NCBI RefSeq assembly: GCF_009914755.1
Contig: NC_060932.1
DNA: 64,000 bases
Reading direction: 5' to 3' (one strand)
From: the human T2T-CHM13v2.0 reference genome, Homo sapiens
The notes under the pieces are model-generated. The model was not told the DNA's origin and made no database searches. It saw only the letters and a program-made list of their open reading frames with translations. A program made the position numbers and the translations under genes. Shown here piece after piece: positions 28,983-44,660 of this stretch. Numbering within the stretch: position 1 is the stretch's first letter; every line of letters begins with the position of its first letter.

Positions 28983-30583
28983 AGCTCTGTCACAGAGCAG
29001 AAACATCTTTACTTCATAGATGACAGAAGAAAAAAAGAGAAAATAGTGTACCATCTATGTGGATTATGGTAGGAACAAAATTCTGTTCCAAACTAAGATT
29101 CTTTCACTCTTGGTTTCTCCCTTCTGAATGCTCACATGAGAACCAAAGTTCATGTTCTGAAGAAAAAAAAAATCATCAAATAATCAGATTAAGTCTCACA
29201 TATTGACAAAACCAATAAGCGAATAACATGCGTCCATGATTTACCATGACGGTTTGATTGAGAGCAAAACAACAAACCCAATTCTGAATGCTGAATTCCT
29301 CCAAATAGACAAAAGATGTCCAAATTGGTAAAATGATCAACCTCAGTTATGGAAGGTACACAGGAAAAAACGAGGAGCATTTAAATGAGGGAGGAAAGTA
29401 TACCAAACCACAGGGAAAACAGAACCACCCTCTTCCTTCTTGGATATTGCTGAATGCTGGTCTTGTGAACAGTAAAAAGCATTAAATGGCATAGTTGTGC
29501 CAAATAAAGTTTCCACCATTCAGAAAAGGACTTACAATAGTTTCATACATGTGCTGCTGGATTATTTAATGAACAAATAAGTCACAGTTAAAGGCTTGAC
29601 AAGTAGGAAGTTTGCTACACTTGTACAAAAGGAACACCACTGATCTTTCATTAGCTTCCTTCTCCATTACTAGGTCAAATTAAATTACAAATGAGTGAAA
29701 CCACATGGTTGCTTTTTCAAAACAGATTAATAACGTATTAAATGTTCTTACGATCTTAACAAGTTGCAGTAAAAAAAAAAATTCCAGTAACAGATAGAAG
29801 TCAAATCCCATAATATTAAATATTTGTGACAATGACTAACCAAAAGAACCCTTGTTCTTCTTTAATTACAGATTGCCTGCCTTCCCTCTGTCACTCAAAT
29901 TATGTCTTGCAGCACCATTAAATAGATCCCACAAATTCTTTGCATTCAAAACGTCCCCAAAATTCTTTCAGTTACAATCTATGACTTTGTCTGCCCTGTG
30001 TAATGTTAAACTGAACTGTAGTATGAAGGCCATTTAAACTCGGAGGCCCCAGCTACTGTTAAGAAAGAAGTGAACGAAAGTTCTCCCCAAGAGTCTAATT
30101 TGCAAATTAATTTCCTTGTTCACTGTCAGTTATTCTCAACTTACAAGCTTGAGGGTCAAACTCATTATGACCAAAAGCTCATTATGACTAAAATGCAACA
30201 AAACCTGTTAAAAATAATGCACCACATTTCATAGGATGGAACCCAGACTGGTAAACACATCAATATTATGCAAACTGTGTTCCACAGAACACTAATGTGC
30301 CTGCAGATATTAATAGACATTGGGGTGGAGGAGGGGAAGGTTTTGTGAAATACTGAGTTACATACCAAGTTGCAAGCGCCTTTTCTGCAGACCGTCTTGC
30401 TGCATCTTAATCCTACTGCAAATCCAGAAGGGGGGCCGGGGGGTTGATATGCTACCAATTTTTAACTTTTAAGTAAGTTAAAAACAAATTTCCTAGAATC
30501 CCTCTTTATTTGTAAAAACAAAAATAAAACAATCTTAAAGATGTGCTTAAACAATGCTCTCATTTAAAATTAAAATAATAACT

Positions 30584-30898
30584 GGCCGGCCGAGGGGGCT
30601 CACCCCCATAATCCCAGCACTTTGGGAGGTCGAGGAGGGAGGATCATTTGAGGTCAGGAGTTTGATACCAGCCTGGCCAACATGGTGAAACCCCATCTCT
30701 ACTAAAAATACAAAAATTAGCCACCCATGATGGTGCACGCCTGTAATCCCAGCTACTTGGGGGGCTGAGGCACGAGAAATCGCTTGAACCCAGGAGGCAG
30801 AGACTACAGTGAGCTGCGATCACACCACTGCACTCCAGCTGGGAGACAGAGTGAGACTCTGTCTCAAAAACATAAATAAATAAAATAAATAAATAAAA
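30584..30898 (+). mobile_element. Alu (old AluS) with (AAAT)n tail
   Basis: Full dimer with central linker; tail AAATAAATAAAATAAAT. Confidence 0.95.
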
Positions 30899-31689
30899 CT
30901 ACAATAATAACAAACATAGCACATTATTATTTCTAAACATATTCTCTCCTTCCAAAGTGCTCTTCGTAAATGGCAGAGATAGGATATTGCTCCAAGGATC
31001 AGGCTCCTACTATTATAAAAAAAAAAATGGAGGCGCTTATTTCATGGTTAAAAACTCCATCCCTGATTACAACTGGGTCACGAGGTTAAAAAACGAAGAC
31101 TCCATTTTACCTATTAATTTGCATATGTGACACACTAAAGATTTTTCATACCCGTTTCTCTGATCAAATGGCAGTTCTCTCCTACCTTCTAAGATATAAA
31201 ACCATATCTGTCATTCCATTTCTGATGTGAAAAGGTATAATTGTAGTAATTACTAACAGATAAAATTACCATATGTAGAAATAAGTAATCTATGTGAATT
31301 AATAAAGTAACTTGTGAATATTAGACATTATCATTGGGGACAATAATGGAGTGAATTTGTGTATAACCATGCCTGTCACATCATGTTCTATAAATATCTG
31401 AAATTATTATTATGCTTATCATGAATTTAGAAGATGCTAAAATTCTTGCATATTTAGCATTCAATAGGTTTCCTGAAGATCCTTGTATTTTATTGTTAAT
31501 TTAAGGAAATATGCTCATTAACTCTGAACGGTGAAAATAATAATTGTTTAAAAGCAGAAAAAAAATAATATTTTCCCCAGTGTCTAATAAGAAATAACAT
31601 TATGACAAGATATAAGGCAGAGAGTTAAATATAATATAGTCTCAGTGTCCACAGAGTTTATCTAGTGGGGGAGATAGCTGTAAAGGAGA

Positions 31690-31862
31690 CGGGGGATAAA
31701 GAAGAAAACAAGAAAGAGGAAGAAGAAGAGGAAAAAAAGAGGTGACAAAAGAGGAAAACGAAGAGAAGAAAGAAGAGAAAAAGGAAAACAAGAAGAGATG
31801 GAGCAGAATAAGGCAGAAAAAAGTAAAAAAAGAGGAAGAGAAAAGGGAAAGTAAAAAGAAAA
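31690..31862. repeat. GA-rich low-complexity tract
   Basis: Almost entirely A/G, read directly. Confidence 0.85.
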
Positions 31863-31867
31863 CTAAA

Positions 31868-32100
31868 CTTTTATTGAGACTTACTCTTCTTGTGTATCAG
31901 GCATTCTGAGTGTTTTACAGGTTTTGTTAATTTAATCTTTACAACAACCTTGTATGCTTGGTAATATTATACCCATTTTAATGATTAGGAAACTGAGGCA
32001 CAGGCAAATGAGGTAACTTGCTACCATCATGACGAATGTTCGAGTCTGGCCACGCTCCAGGCAGGTTGATTGTGGAGCCTAGGTTTGTAACCACTTCACT
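31868..32100 (-). mobile_element. MIR, near full length
   Basis: TTTATTGAG...TTTAATCTTTACAACAACC...CCCATTTT...GGAAACTGAGGCACAG...GTAACTTGC...TAACCACT. Confidence 0.85.
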
Positions 32101-33373
32101 AAGAATTACAACATTACCTATCATCCTAAAGTTAAGATAAGGAAGAGGGTGGCCACGGGCCCAGAGGAAGCATATAGAGCTGAAGTTGGGTCTAGCAATG
32201 CAGGAAGGGCTTCCTAAAAGGAGTGATGTGAGAAGAGTTTGCAAGAGTCAGTCGGATGAAGCAGGGAGGGGCATCTGAGTCAGGCACAAGTAGGCTGTGT
32301 GAATTCACGATGGATTGAAACAGCAAGGCTCATGAAGGTTCAAGGGCATAGTGCATGCAAGGGGGCTCCTGCGACATGGCCAGGAGTTGGGACAGCAGTG
32401 CTGCAAGCCTTGCAAGAGAGTTGACAGCAAGACGGATGGGTATTCAAGTGATCCAGTAAGAAATGAGGAGGGCTGACCTATGCGAGGGGAAGTGTTGAAG
32501 GATAGAGGGGTAGCAAATAAGAGAGAAATTAAGTTCAGGAGTAGAGAGGTGGTTGGCAGTCCATTGGCTACAGAAGTTGATAACGAGGGAGCAATGAGGA
32601 TCCCTCCGTGGATGCTGGCTGGGGTCGCCAGGTAATTTGGTACAATCCTCCACATTAGAGATTACAGTAGGAAAACAAACAGGCTTGGGAGGAGAGGTGT
32701 TATGTTTGATCTTGATTTAAGATGCAGGATATTGAATTATAGATGCCTAAGTGGCAGTTGAATATAGACGTTTTGAAATGAAAGAAATCTCCATTGAAGA
32801 TATAATTTTAGAGACATCAGTTTATAGTTAGTAGCTGAAGCCATTTATTTGGGATCGATCACCCTAGGAAACAATGTTTACAGAAAGGAGACCAGCCCCA
32901 GGGAATGTCGGCACTTATGATGATGGCTCTTAACCACACCTTTGGCAGGCTCAGCACACTTCCATCAGAGATAGCGCCAAAATTTCAAGCCATGATTTTC
33001 AGTGTATTAAAATGCATTGGCTTATTGATCTAAGAGGTCCAGAGAAGAAGAAGAACTTGGGGAGAAACAGCCAGAAAGGTATAAGAAAAAGCTGGGATAT
33101 GTTGTACAGTGAGTCAGATACTGAGAGGAGAGGCTTCAAAAAGGAAAGTGTTCAGTGGATGTGGCCACACAGAGTTCAGTGTTGACCTTTCAGAGCGAGA
33201 AGGGCCTAAGAAGTGTGAAGGGCACTGAGGAGTCGGAACAGGTGAAGACAATGTGTAACACGGTACCCTGACCTGTATAGCGCCGGGTGGGAAAGCGATG
33301 AAGACAGAAGAGAAACCTCAAGGGCAACATGGTTTTAAGCATTTGTATTTTCAAGATGGAAGAGACATGCAAC

Positions 33374-33780
33374 AATTGTTGTTGAATTCAAATACTTGTA
33401 TTTTTAATATGGGCTAAAAGTAATAAAGCTAATTTATAACAAATATGTGACAGTGCAGCTACTTCAAAATAAACTTACAAGTGAATAATTCTCTCACATT
33501 TTTGCTCTCTTCTGAATAATTAAAAAGTTTAAGTTTAAATGGAAAGGTAAAGCCAAATATCTGCCTCAACACAGGCATACTTTTTAATGGGTCTCTTATA
33601 CCTACACAGTGACAAACTAGAGTTGAATTTCTCAACTAAGGCTTTAACAACTAACACACAATCCATATAACTGATACCTGGGAACATGCAAACCTCTATC
33701 TATGCTTCTATTTATCATCTTAGAAGGAGTTAGAAACATCTCAAGGATCAGCATTAATGAACTTTGTTCAGATTCCATAA
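33374..33780 (+). repeat. Local direct duplication B, copy 1 (407 bp, probably the inserted copy)
   Basis: Aligns to 36222-36628 at about 88% by hand count. Confidence 0.95.
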
Positions 33781-33814
33781 GACAGTATGTGCACATTCCA
33801 TAAATTATGTCAAG

Positions 33815-33818
<4 letters not shown>

Positions 33819-33867
<49 letters not shown>
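33819..33867. repeat. (AC)24 microsatellite
   Basis: Perfect run next to the duplication B junction. Confidence 0.98.
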
Positions 33868-33869
<2 letters not shown>

Positions 33870-36221
33870 GAGACCTAAGACTGAAGATACAGAAGAAAAG
33901 ATGGTGGAAAGCAGGTAAGAGCACAGGTTGAGGTCTCAGTCTTGGTTAGAAGGAGAGAGAGAGAGATGCGTCCTCTACTAAGATCCAAGAGCAACAAGAA
34001 AAGAATAGTGGGTACAGAGAGATTTTTAGATGTTGTGGCTAGAAGAAAGTATTTGTTCATTTAGTGACCTCTATTTCATCTGAAATATGTTTCAACGTCA
34101 TCTTTGGAAATTGATGAGGTGAATGGGATAGAAAGCTTGAAAATGAGGTAAGAATGTACAATTACCTCAGAGGGGAATGAGAGGTGGCTGAAGCTGTCAC
34201 ATAATTGCATCCCGAACAAAAGCAATTATTTAAAAATAAACCCCTGTACGATAGAGAAATGAATCACAGAAAAAGCTAGCAATATCCTTCAAAGTGAGAA
34301 AACATGGTGTTTCTGATTTTTCAGACAGAGAGTGCACCTACACAAGGGAATGACTACCAGCTACATTATAAATTGCAATTTGGTGTAAATATTTTGTTGC
34401 TTCTGTTCCTGCTTCTACAATAATCGTGAAAAGCTCGCAGACATGGGGCGGGTATCTATTAAAGTTAACGCAGGTTTAGTGTCTGATTCACTGAGATTCC
34501 ACTTGCAAGGAGGGAGGGAGTAAGGAAGAGTGGGGCAGAGGGCTTTGGAGCAGAAGGCCTCAGGATGCCAAAACTCCAAGACACATACTTAGGGTGACAC
34601 ACTCTCCACCCTTAATACACACCACAGAGCACCAACCACCTGCTTACGTCTTTGAGAGTGAATGAGTTATCAAACTTCATATGGAATGCTCTCCACTCAG
34701 GGAATCTTTTCCTCACTGGACACTAGTCCTCCAAAACAAAGATGTTCCTTTCTTAATTAATTGTTCAATTATCAAGTTCCAACGGCAGCTTGTTTTAGTT
34801 ATGTCTTAATTAAATGGAGTTGCACATTTAGAAGCAAAAGGAATAAAGAATTTCTAGAGAAACAATTTCAGAAAGATTAAAACTCATTAATTTTAGAATT
34901 AAGAGATAGCCAAACTTCCACACACCATTTTTGGTCACCATAATGCCCTATAGTATTAGGATGGTATCCAGGAAGCCAAAATGAAAGGAAGCCTAAACAA
35001 TTTACCTATGAACTTTATCCAGGTAAGTAGATTTTGACTGAATGTGACTATGAAAACTTATGGCATAGATATCAGCTGAATATGGATCTATATCTACTCA
35101 TCGAGTAGCTCAAATAATTGGCTCTGTCATGCTATGATTCATGGCCAAAGAAGACTAATCTGGATAAATTAGATATTTAAAGGAAATTCCAATCATTTTA
35201 ATTCTTCTATTTTCTTAAGTTTTCATGTTTTCCCTTTGAGCAGAATGCTACACAATATTCTCATAATTTTATCAATTTGTCAAAAAATGAACATTAAAAA
35301 TATAAAGTTAAAATATCGAAGAGATCATCTTTTAAGTTTTTTAAAGGCCTGGGCTTCTTCTGATTTTCTTATATTCTCCTTCCTTTTCCACCAACCTCCT
35401 AGGGACCAGCAAGATTACACATTACAGGTGTTCAGGTAAATGTTTGTGTTGACATCGTTGTAGTTCAAGTATATGCTTTTGTTAGGTTTGTGACTATAAA
35501 AACAACATAGATCAACATGCCAACCAAAAAGGAAATAAGACTTGCATTTCTGATCAGTGTAAAAATACCAGTTTAGATTGTATCTTTCCTTGACCATCAA
35601 GGCATTCTGCCACGGTGACTAAAAAAATCTTTCCGCAATAAAGTCCCCAAATATATTGCCTGGTAGGTAGAAACAGTGCTGAATTTCCTGGTGTTTTGCC
35701 ACTGCTGGACTCCAGTAGATTCAATGATATCATCATAACCAAAAGACATGGGAAGGGTTCCTGATAAAGAATAAGAGCTGAGGAAACTGCCTGATGCACA
35801 GGATATTAAAAATTAATATTTTAAGGGAAATACACAAATTATGCTAATAATTGACAAATTACATAGAAATGAATTAAGAAATTGGTTATTTAGTATCTTC
35901 CCCTGAACATAGCCACGTAGTTGCATTTCACAGAAATGTGAAACTACTGAGACCTTTGTAGACCATGATACTATCTTTTCCAGCTGTGGTATCTTACATT
36001 TGGAAACATGACAAAGAATTCCTGTCACTTATCGCTTATATTATTTCTAATTCTTCCATTTTATGTCACAGCTATTTCAACTATCATAAGTTTAATAATA
36101 CTTTTAAGTAAAACAAAAACCTATTATTGACAGCATATAAGATACGGTTGTAATTTCATTTTCTTTTCACATTTTCATTAAAATTTCCAGAATGTCTTAT
36201 ACTTTGCTTGGTATTATTTAA

Positions 36222-36628
36222 AATTGTTCTTGAATTTAAATACTTGTACTTTTAACACTTGCTAAATGTAATGAAGCTAATTTACATCAAATATGTGACA
36301 GGGCAGCTACTTAAAAATAATTTTACAAGTGAATAATTCTCTCACATTTTTGCTGTCTCCTGAATGATTGAAAAATTTAAGTTCAAATGGAAAGGTAAAG
36401 CCCAATCTCCACCCCCAACACAGGCATACTCTTTAATGGGTCTCTTATACCTAAACAGTGACAAACTGAGTCGAATTCCTTAACAAAGGCTTCAACTACT
36501 AACACACAATACTTATAACTGATACTTGGGAACATGTAAACCTCTATCTGCGCTTCTGTTTATCATCTTAGAAGGAGTTAGAAACATCTCAGGGACCAGG
36601 ATTAATGAAATTTGTTCAGATTCCATAA
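36222..36628 (+). repeat. Local direct duplication B, copy 2 (probable donor)
   Basis: Aligns to 33374-33780. Confidence 0.95.
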
Positions 36629-38546
36629 CCATTGTAACTTATGCATTTTGTTAAACATCCCTTGCTATGACATAAAAACCACCAGGAAAACTTCAAAAAA
36701 TGAATAAAAACAACAGCAATAACAAATATCCAAAACTTTATCAAGCAAAGCCACACGAAATGCGTTGCTTGAAACCAAAGAGCTTTTGCAGTTAGTGAGT
36801 GTCTGAGGATCATGCTTCTTGTATTTAGAGTCCAATTTACTTTCAGGCCAGCACATATAGTAGGAGACTTTTTTTTTAATCTTGTTTTTTTGTTTTGTTT
36901 TGTTTTAAATCACAGAATTTCAGTGCTTAAGACATTATCATTGGATGGTATCCCAGAAAATTAAATACAAATCCTTGTGCTAGAGAAGGCTGTTCATGGT
37001 CTTCATAAATCTATTTAATAGAAATCAAGAGCCTTCCCTCCAACAGATTTGGAAGACCTGACTTAAATAATATTAAGTGTTCCATCTAGAAATGACATAT
37101 CAGAATAGACTCAATTCACCCCTCTGCCCTCCAGAGGGTCCCAAAATATAGTCCTAAATTGTGACTTTCTGTGAGGCCCTTCACTTAAATAGCATGGGTC
37201 CAGTGTGACTTGCGGATATTACGAAAAACAAAGCATTACTTTTCAAAGTTCATAAAGCATTATCCCATTTCCTCATTGTCCTTGGTATTTAAATATTTTT
37301 CTTTTCTTAAAGCTTGCATTGTCCAGATAATAATTTCAATCTTCCACTTCAAACCATGGCAATAAGTACCACGACCACAAAATAAGTAACCTTGGGCAAG
37401 TCACTTAACCTCTCAACTCTTAACTTCTCCGACAATAAATCTGTCGGCAAACATGCTGTCTATCTGTTCTCTGAACAAATATCTATTAAGCTTCAATTGA
37501 AGAGAGGCAAGGAACTTGTGTTCCCTGCTAATAGTGCTGCTCAAGTACTTACATAATGGGTGCTTAAGAAACATATTGATAGCTATCTAGTAAATGTAAT
37601 TCCTACATAAGAGAAATACATTTGCATTTCTCAGCAAAATGTTGAATATTTGTAGAGCAGAGAAAAAGAAGCAGATGAAGAGTGAAGCATCTTTCTTACC
37701 ATTCAATACAGGTTCATTCAATACTGATTGAATGAACATCTATAAGCAATAAGTACTGAATGAACATCTATCTACGAGGTACCTCGTAAGATATGCGGAT
37801 GGATCAAGCTGAAAAATATCTGGCCCCCGACGGATGAATCTTATTATTGAGACATTATTTATTCACAAAAATGATGAGGTAGCAATGCAATATTGCGTTA
37901 AAAAAAGCACAATATTAAGGACTAAGATATAGTGGACTGCTTCTGGATGTTGTAGACAGAAATTAAAGTTAGAGAAAAAAATCAAGGTGAATTGGAATCT
38001 CAAGATAAGTTCAGAAGGAAAATGAGGCCCTTGACTCTGTGCCTCTTAGGAAGCCAAAAATTTGAGTATAGCTTGAGCATTAAAGGAGCGACAGCAGCGT
38101 GGAAAAGACAAAGACAAGAGAATGTCCAACACTCAGACAGCATGAGACTCCAGGCCTTTGGAAAGAGGTGGCTGGCATTATGTGGAGGCCATGCAAGAGA
38201 AAATAGGCAGCCACTAGAGGAATGGGAAAATTAAATTGTCACTAAGGAAGAGCAGACTACCTGCTAGTCTGTTCCTGTAAGCAGAACTGAAGGCAGGGAC
38301 TGCAGACAAAGTCTTTCGTAGTGACACAACCATGAGATGGTAATGGTGAAAATGGGAACGCAGATGTAATCCAGTAAGACAAATTGACAAAATGTATTAA
38401 TATGATGAAGAAAACGGTGCCCTCAAAGGAGACTCCTAGATTTTTAACCCTCAAGGATCAGAAGAACAAAGATCCTAATGACAAAAATGGTGAAAGGGAG
38501 ACAGTGGATAAATTTGGCTTTGGAAATGTCGGCCTGAAAACATCTG

Positions 38547-38978
38547 TGATGGGGTTCAGAACATGTCACTCCAAAAATATGGTGCCTTGACATAGTGAAT
38601 AGTCTAAGCTGGAGGAATCTAAGAAACAGCAGATGCTGAAGGGACTCTCTGACCTTCCCCCAAAGCAGGTCATGAGACCCTCACATGAGAGGTGCCCACT
38701 GTATACCCAGAGGAAAGGAATGTCCTTATCTGAAGACAGAGGGACGCCAAGAGATCGAGTGAGCAGGCTTTGCAAAGCTTCCTCCGTGCAGCTCATGACC
38801 TTTTGTTCTAACATGAGGTGGCTTGAGGTCTTCATTTCTTTATGGAGGCTCCCATGCCATATAAAACTCAGCTTGAACATATTTGTAAGCTTTTCTCTTG
38901 CCAATCTGTCTTTTCTTATAGGGGCCCCACTTGAGAACCTAGAAGAGCAAAATAAAAAGGTATTTTTCCTCCCCTACA
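38547..38978 (+). mobile_element. Solo ERV LTR, MER39/MER21-like
   Basis: TG...CA termini with 4-bp TSD TCTG (38543-38546 / 38979-38982); TGATGGGGTTCAGAACATG...CCAAAAATATGG start and TTTTCCTCCCCTACA end typical of MER4-group LTRs. Confidence 0.8.
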
Positions 38979-39136
38979 TCTGTAAATATAAAACTGAAGA
39001 TACTGGTTTTGTAGTCAGCAGCACAGTCATAGCTAAAACCTTGATGAGATAGTGCCTACTAGAGGGATGAGGGCAAAGGGAGAGAGAAAGCAAGGAAGGT
39101 GGAGTCAAAGGGCCTGCTCAGCATTAAAAGGTCAGG

Positions 39137-39338
<202 letters not shown>

Positions 39339-41595
39339 GGGGTCAGGAAGGGCCTACATGAGGGAGGGAAGGGAGAGCTCAGGAAGTCAGAGAGAAGAAG
39401 GCGCTGTAAACCAGGTTAGAAGAATCTTTCAAGGGGAGGGACCTCCACTGCGCAGTACACATCCAAGAGAATCCAGTGAGGATACAAATGATTTAGCTGG
39501 AGGAATTCAGTGGATACCCCTGAGACGGTAAGATAGGGTTGAAGTGAAAGTCACGCTGCAAGACACTGATTAGAAAAGCCTGGTGAGGAAGTGAAAACAG
39601 CAGTCCTTCAGACGCAAAGGAAGGTAAACTACCCAGAGATACAAGGAGCTTCTCACTATTGGAAAAACCAAATGAGGAGATGTGAGAGTGCCTTTGTCTG
39701 AATGGTGGATGCTTCTCAAGTCTGGCTTTGCCTATATGCTGAAAGAGAATTTTCACACTGGTGAATCTGGAGTCAAATCAAGTATAACTACTTAATTTTT
39801 TTTAAAAGAATTCATAATAATGCCAAAGAAATAACTGATATTTCAGACTCGGCACCTATACTTTTGGCATCTTCCTCTATTCCTCAGAGAGATAAAAATA
39901 TACAATGTGACTAATATAATGGTTATTTTTTACACAGCTGATTTTTTATGTTGCTAATTTTATGCTCCTAATTTTATGCTAATTTTTTTGCAGTAGTTGT
40001 TGTTATAAATAAATAATCTCATGTATGTTTTCAGTGAAAAGAATATTTCTATTCAAAAACATGCTCTCTTCATCAGGGATCATAGGGCAAACCTTTTTAG
40101 TACCCAACCTAACAGTCTCATATTTAATTATATTTTGCCTTACACTGTTCTCTAGTTGTATCCCATATGATCTCTCTTAAATTCAGGAAAAACCAAGTCT
40201 ATCAACTACCAAGACATAATCAATCAGTATCAATACTAGAGTATCATTTGTATAGCACTTTACAAAGCAATTTTATATATCTTATTGCATATTATAATTG
40301 AAACCTCACAACCACCAAAAAAGCCAGTAGCATTTTCTCATTTTACTGAAAATATTGAAGGCAGCGGAGTGAACAAGCTGGGGTAACCCAGCTCCTGCAC
40401 TCCTTGTGTTAGAGCTAGGGCAGAGCTCTGACCCACACCCCATAAGGCAGCTCTGCTCTGGGATGAACATCTTTGAGGAAGTTCTACCACAGGCACAGAT
40501 AACCACCTTTCCTCAGTCACAAATGTTTCCCCTGTAAGTTAAAGTCCATAACCATAGGAGTGCATGCTCTTTATTCTGCCAATGAACACACTACTTCCTA
40601 ACCCTGTTTCAGATACCCAATGCCTATGCTGTGACTCCAGCTTCCCCTTTCTTCTCTAAGTATGCAGGAAAATCGATCACCTGTTCTTGAGGGCTCATGT
40701 TAAGTTTAGAGTGTCTTCTTAGGTTAGTTTTTATCATAAAGTCTCTGTAGGAGTGAGGTCATTCACTTCTAAAATGGGTGAGGCATGATGCTTGGTACCC
40801 AGGAATGTGTGTCTCGTTGCTGTGATCCCTGGGTCTCTGAGATCCCTCTTAAAGAGATCCCTGAATAATATAGGCATCTACACATGCAGCCCCCTTCTGT
40901 TGTGTTCTCCTGGCACTGAGATCTGCTGCTGCTCCAATCCCCTCCTGGTGGGAGTCTGAAGGTTCCAGATAGCCTTGATGAAAAACTAAAACTTTTCCAG
41001 ACGAAGAGCCTGAACACTGACATTTTATTTACATGGTTGATACTGAATGAAGTTCGATACTTATTGATTCATGCTTGTTTGCTAAGGGCTATGATGTAGA
41101 AAATGTGCTATTAAAAAAGGAAAATTTATTTATTGGACTATAAAGAATAGAGGCAATTGAAAGCCTGGCAACTCTATATATGGAACAATCCTTTTTGCCC
41201 CTTAATCATGGTAAGACAAATGTGAAATGTAGTAAGTGGCAACTTGCTTCTCGTGCAGGCCTTGGTTGCAGTTGGGAATACGTGCGCTGTTCACAGGGAG
41301 AAGATGAATCAACTTTGGAGGGGAAAAATGAAGAAAAAAGGAAATGGAGGAAAAATATTATCCATACAAACAGCTACATTAAGAAAATTATTAGTAATGT
41401 CACCAAAAGTCATAAAGCTTAATTCTACTTATGCTACAACCCAAGCTTGGTGACAAGTAGAGTCTCACAGGCCAGTTTATGAAACTTTATAACACAGCAG
41501 AGATGGGAACCAAGTGACCTGGGCAGTCACTGTCTCTGCAGTCCTGTGCAAGTATCTGCTAGGGAGACTCTTCCTCCAGGAGCCTGGGACAGCAT

Positions 41596-41996
41596 CGAGG
41601 CAGTTTGGGTATCTGTCCCTACCTAAATCTCATGATGAATTGTAATCCCCAGTGCTGGAGGTGGGGCCTGGTAGGAGGGTTTGGGTCATAGGTGCAGATC
41701 CCTCATGGCTTGGTGCTGTCTTTGTGACAGTGAGTTATCACAAGATCTTGTCATTTAAAAGGGCGTGGCACTTGCCCCAACCCCCACATTCTCTTGCTCC
41801 TGCTTTCACTGTGTGAGGTGCCTGCTCCCTCTTTGGCTTCCACCATGATTGTAAGCTTCCTGAGGTCCTTACAAGAAGCTAAGCAGATGCCAGCACCATG
41901 CTTCCTATATATTCGTGAACCAATTAAACCTCTTTTCTTTATAAATTACTCAGTCTCAGGTATTTCTTTATAGCAATGCAAGAACAGCCTAACACA
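41596..41996 (+). mobile_element. MSTA-type MaLR 5' LTR
   Basis: AAATCTCATGATGAATTGTAATCCCC...CCATGATTGTAAGCTTCCTGAGG...CCAATTAAACCTCTTTTCTTTATAAATTAC...CCTAACACA. Confidence 0.92.
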
Positions 41997-43867
<1,871 letters not shown>

Positions 43868-44244
43868 TGATGTAGTTTGAATATTTGTCCTCACCCAAAT
43901 CTTATGTTGAATTGTAATCTCCAATGCTGGAGGTGGGACCTGGCGGGAGGTGTTTGGATCATGGGGGCAGATTCCCTCATGGCTTGGTGCTGTTGTCATG
44001 ACAGTGAGTTCTCACAAGATCCGGTCATTTAAGTCTGTGGCACCTTCCCCCCGACCCTCTTGTTCCTGTTTTCAACATGTGATGTGCCTGCTACCATTTT
44101 GCCCTCCACCATGATTGTAAGCTTCCTGAGGTCCCTACCAGGCTTCCTGTACAGCCTGCAGAACTGGGCCAATTAAACCTCTTTTCTTATAAATTACCCA
44201 GTCTCAGGTATTTCTTTACAACAATGCAAGAACAGCCTAATACA
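43868..44244 (+). mobile_element. MSTA-type MaLR 3' LTR
   Basis: TG...CA, homologous to the 5' LTR; element flanked by AGCAT / AGCCT (5-bp TSD, one mismatch). Confidence 0.92.
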
Positions 44245-44330
44245 AGCCTCTACCTACTGGTCGGTGTTCACCTGTGTGTTGGTGGAAGTTATAAATTTTA
44301 GATGTTGTATCTGACAGTGTATAGGGAAGG

Positions 44331-44660
<330 letters not shown>

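Larger units (their letters stand above)
32110..34190 (-). mobile_element. L2 LINE remnant, interrupted at about 33374-33867
   Basis: Purine-rich plus strand with L2-like segments (GATGCCTAAGTGGCAGTTGAATATAG, TTAGAGACATCAGTTTATAG, TTTCAAGATGGAAGAGAC, GACCTCTATTTCATC); boundaries approximate. Confidence 0.6.

Noticed and set aside
28255-30436. CTCF-like motifs (CACTTGAGGGGGC near 28256, CCAGAAGGGGGGCC near 30424)
   Set aside because: Two or more mismatches at informative positions; unsupported without ChIP data.
37773-37788. Perfect 16-bp palindrome TACGAGGTACCTCGTA
   Set aside because: About one palindrome of this size is expected by chance in 64 kb, and it lies in L2-like sequence.
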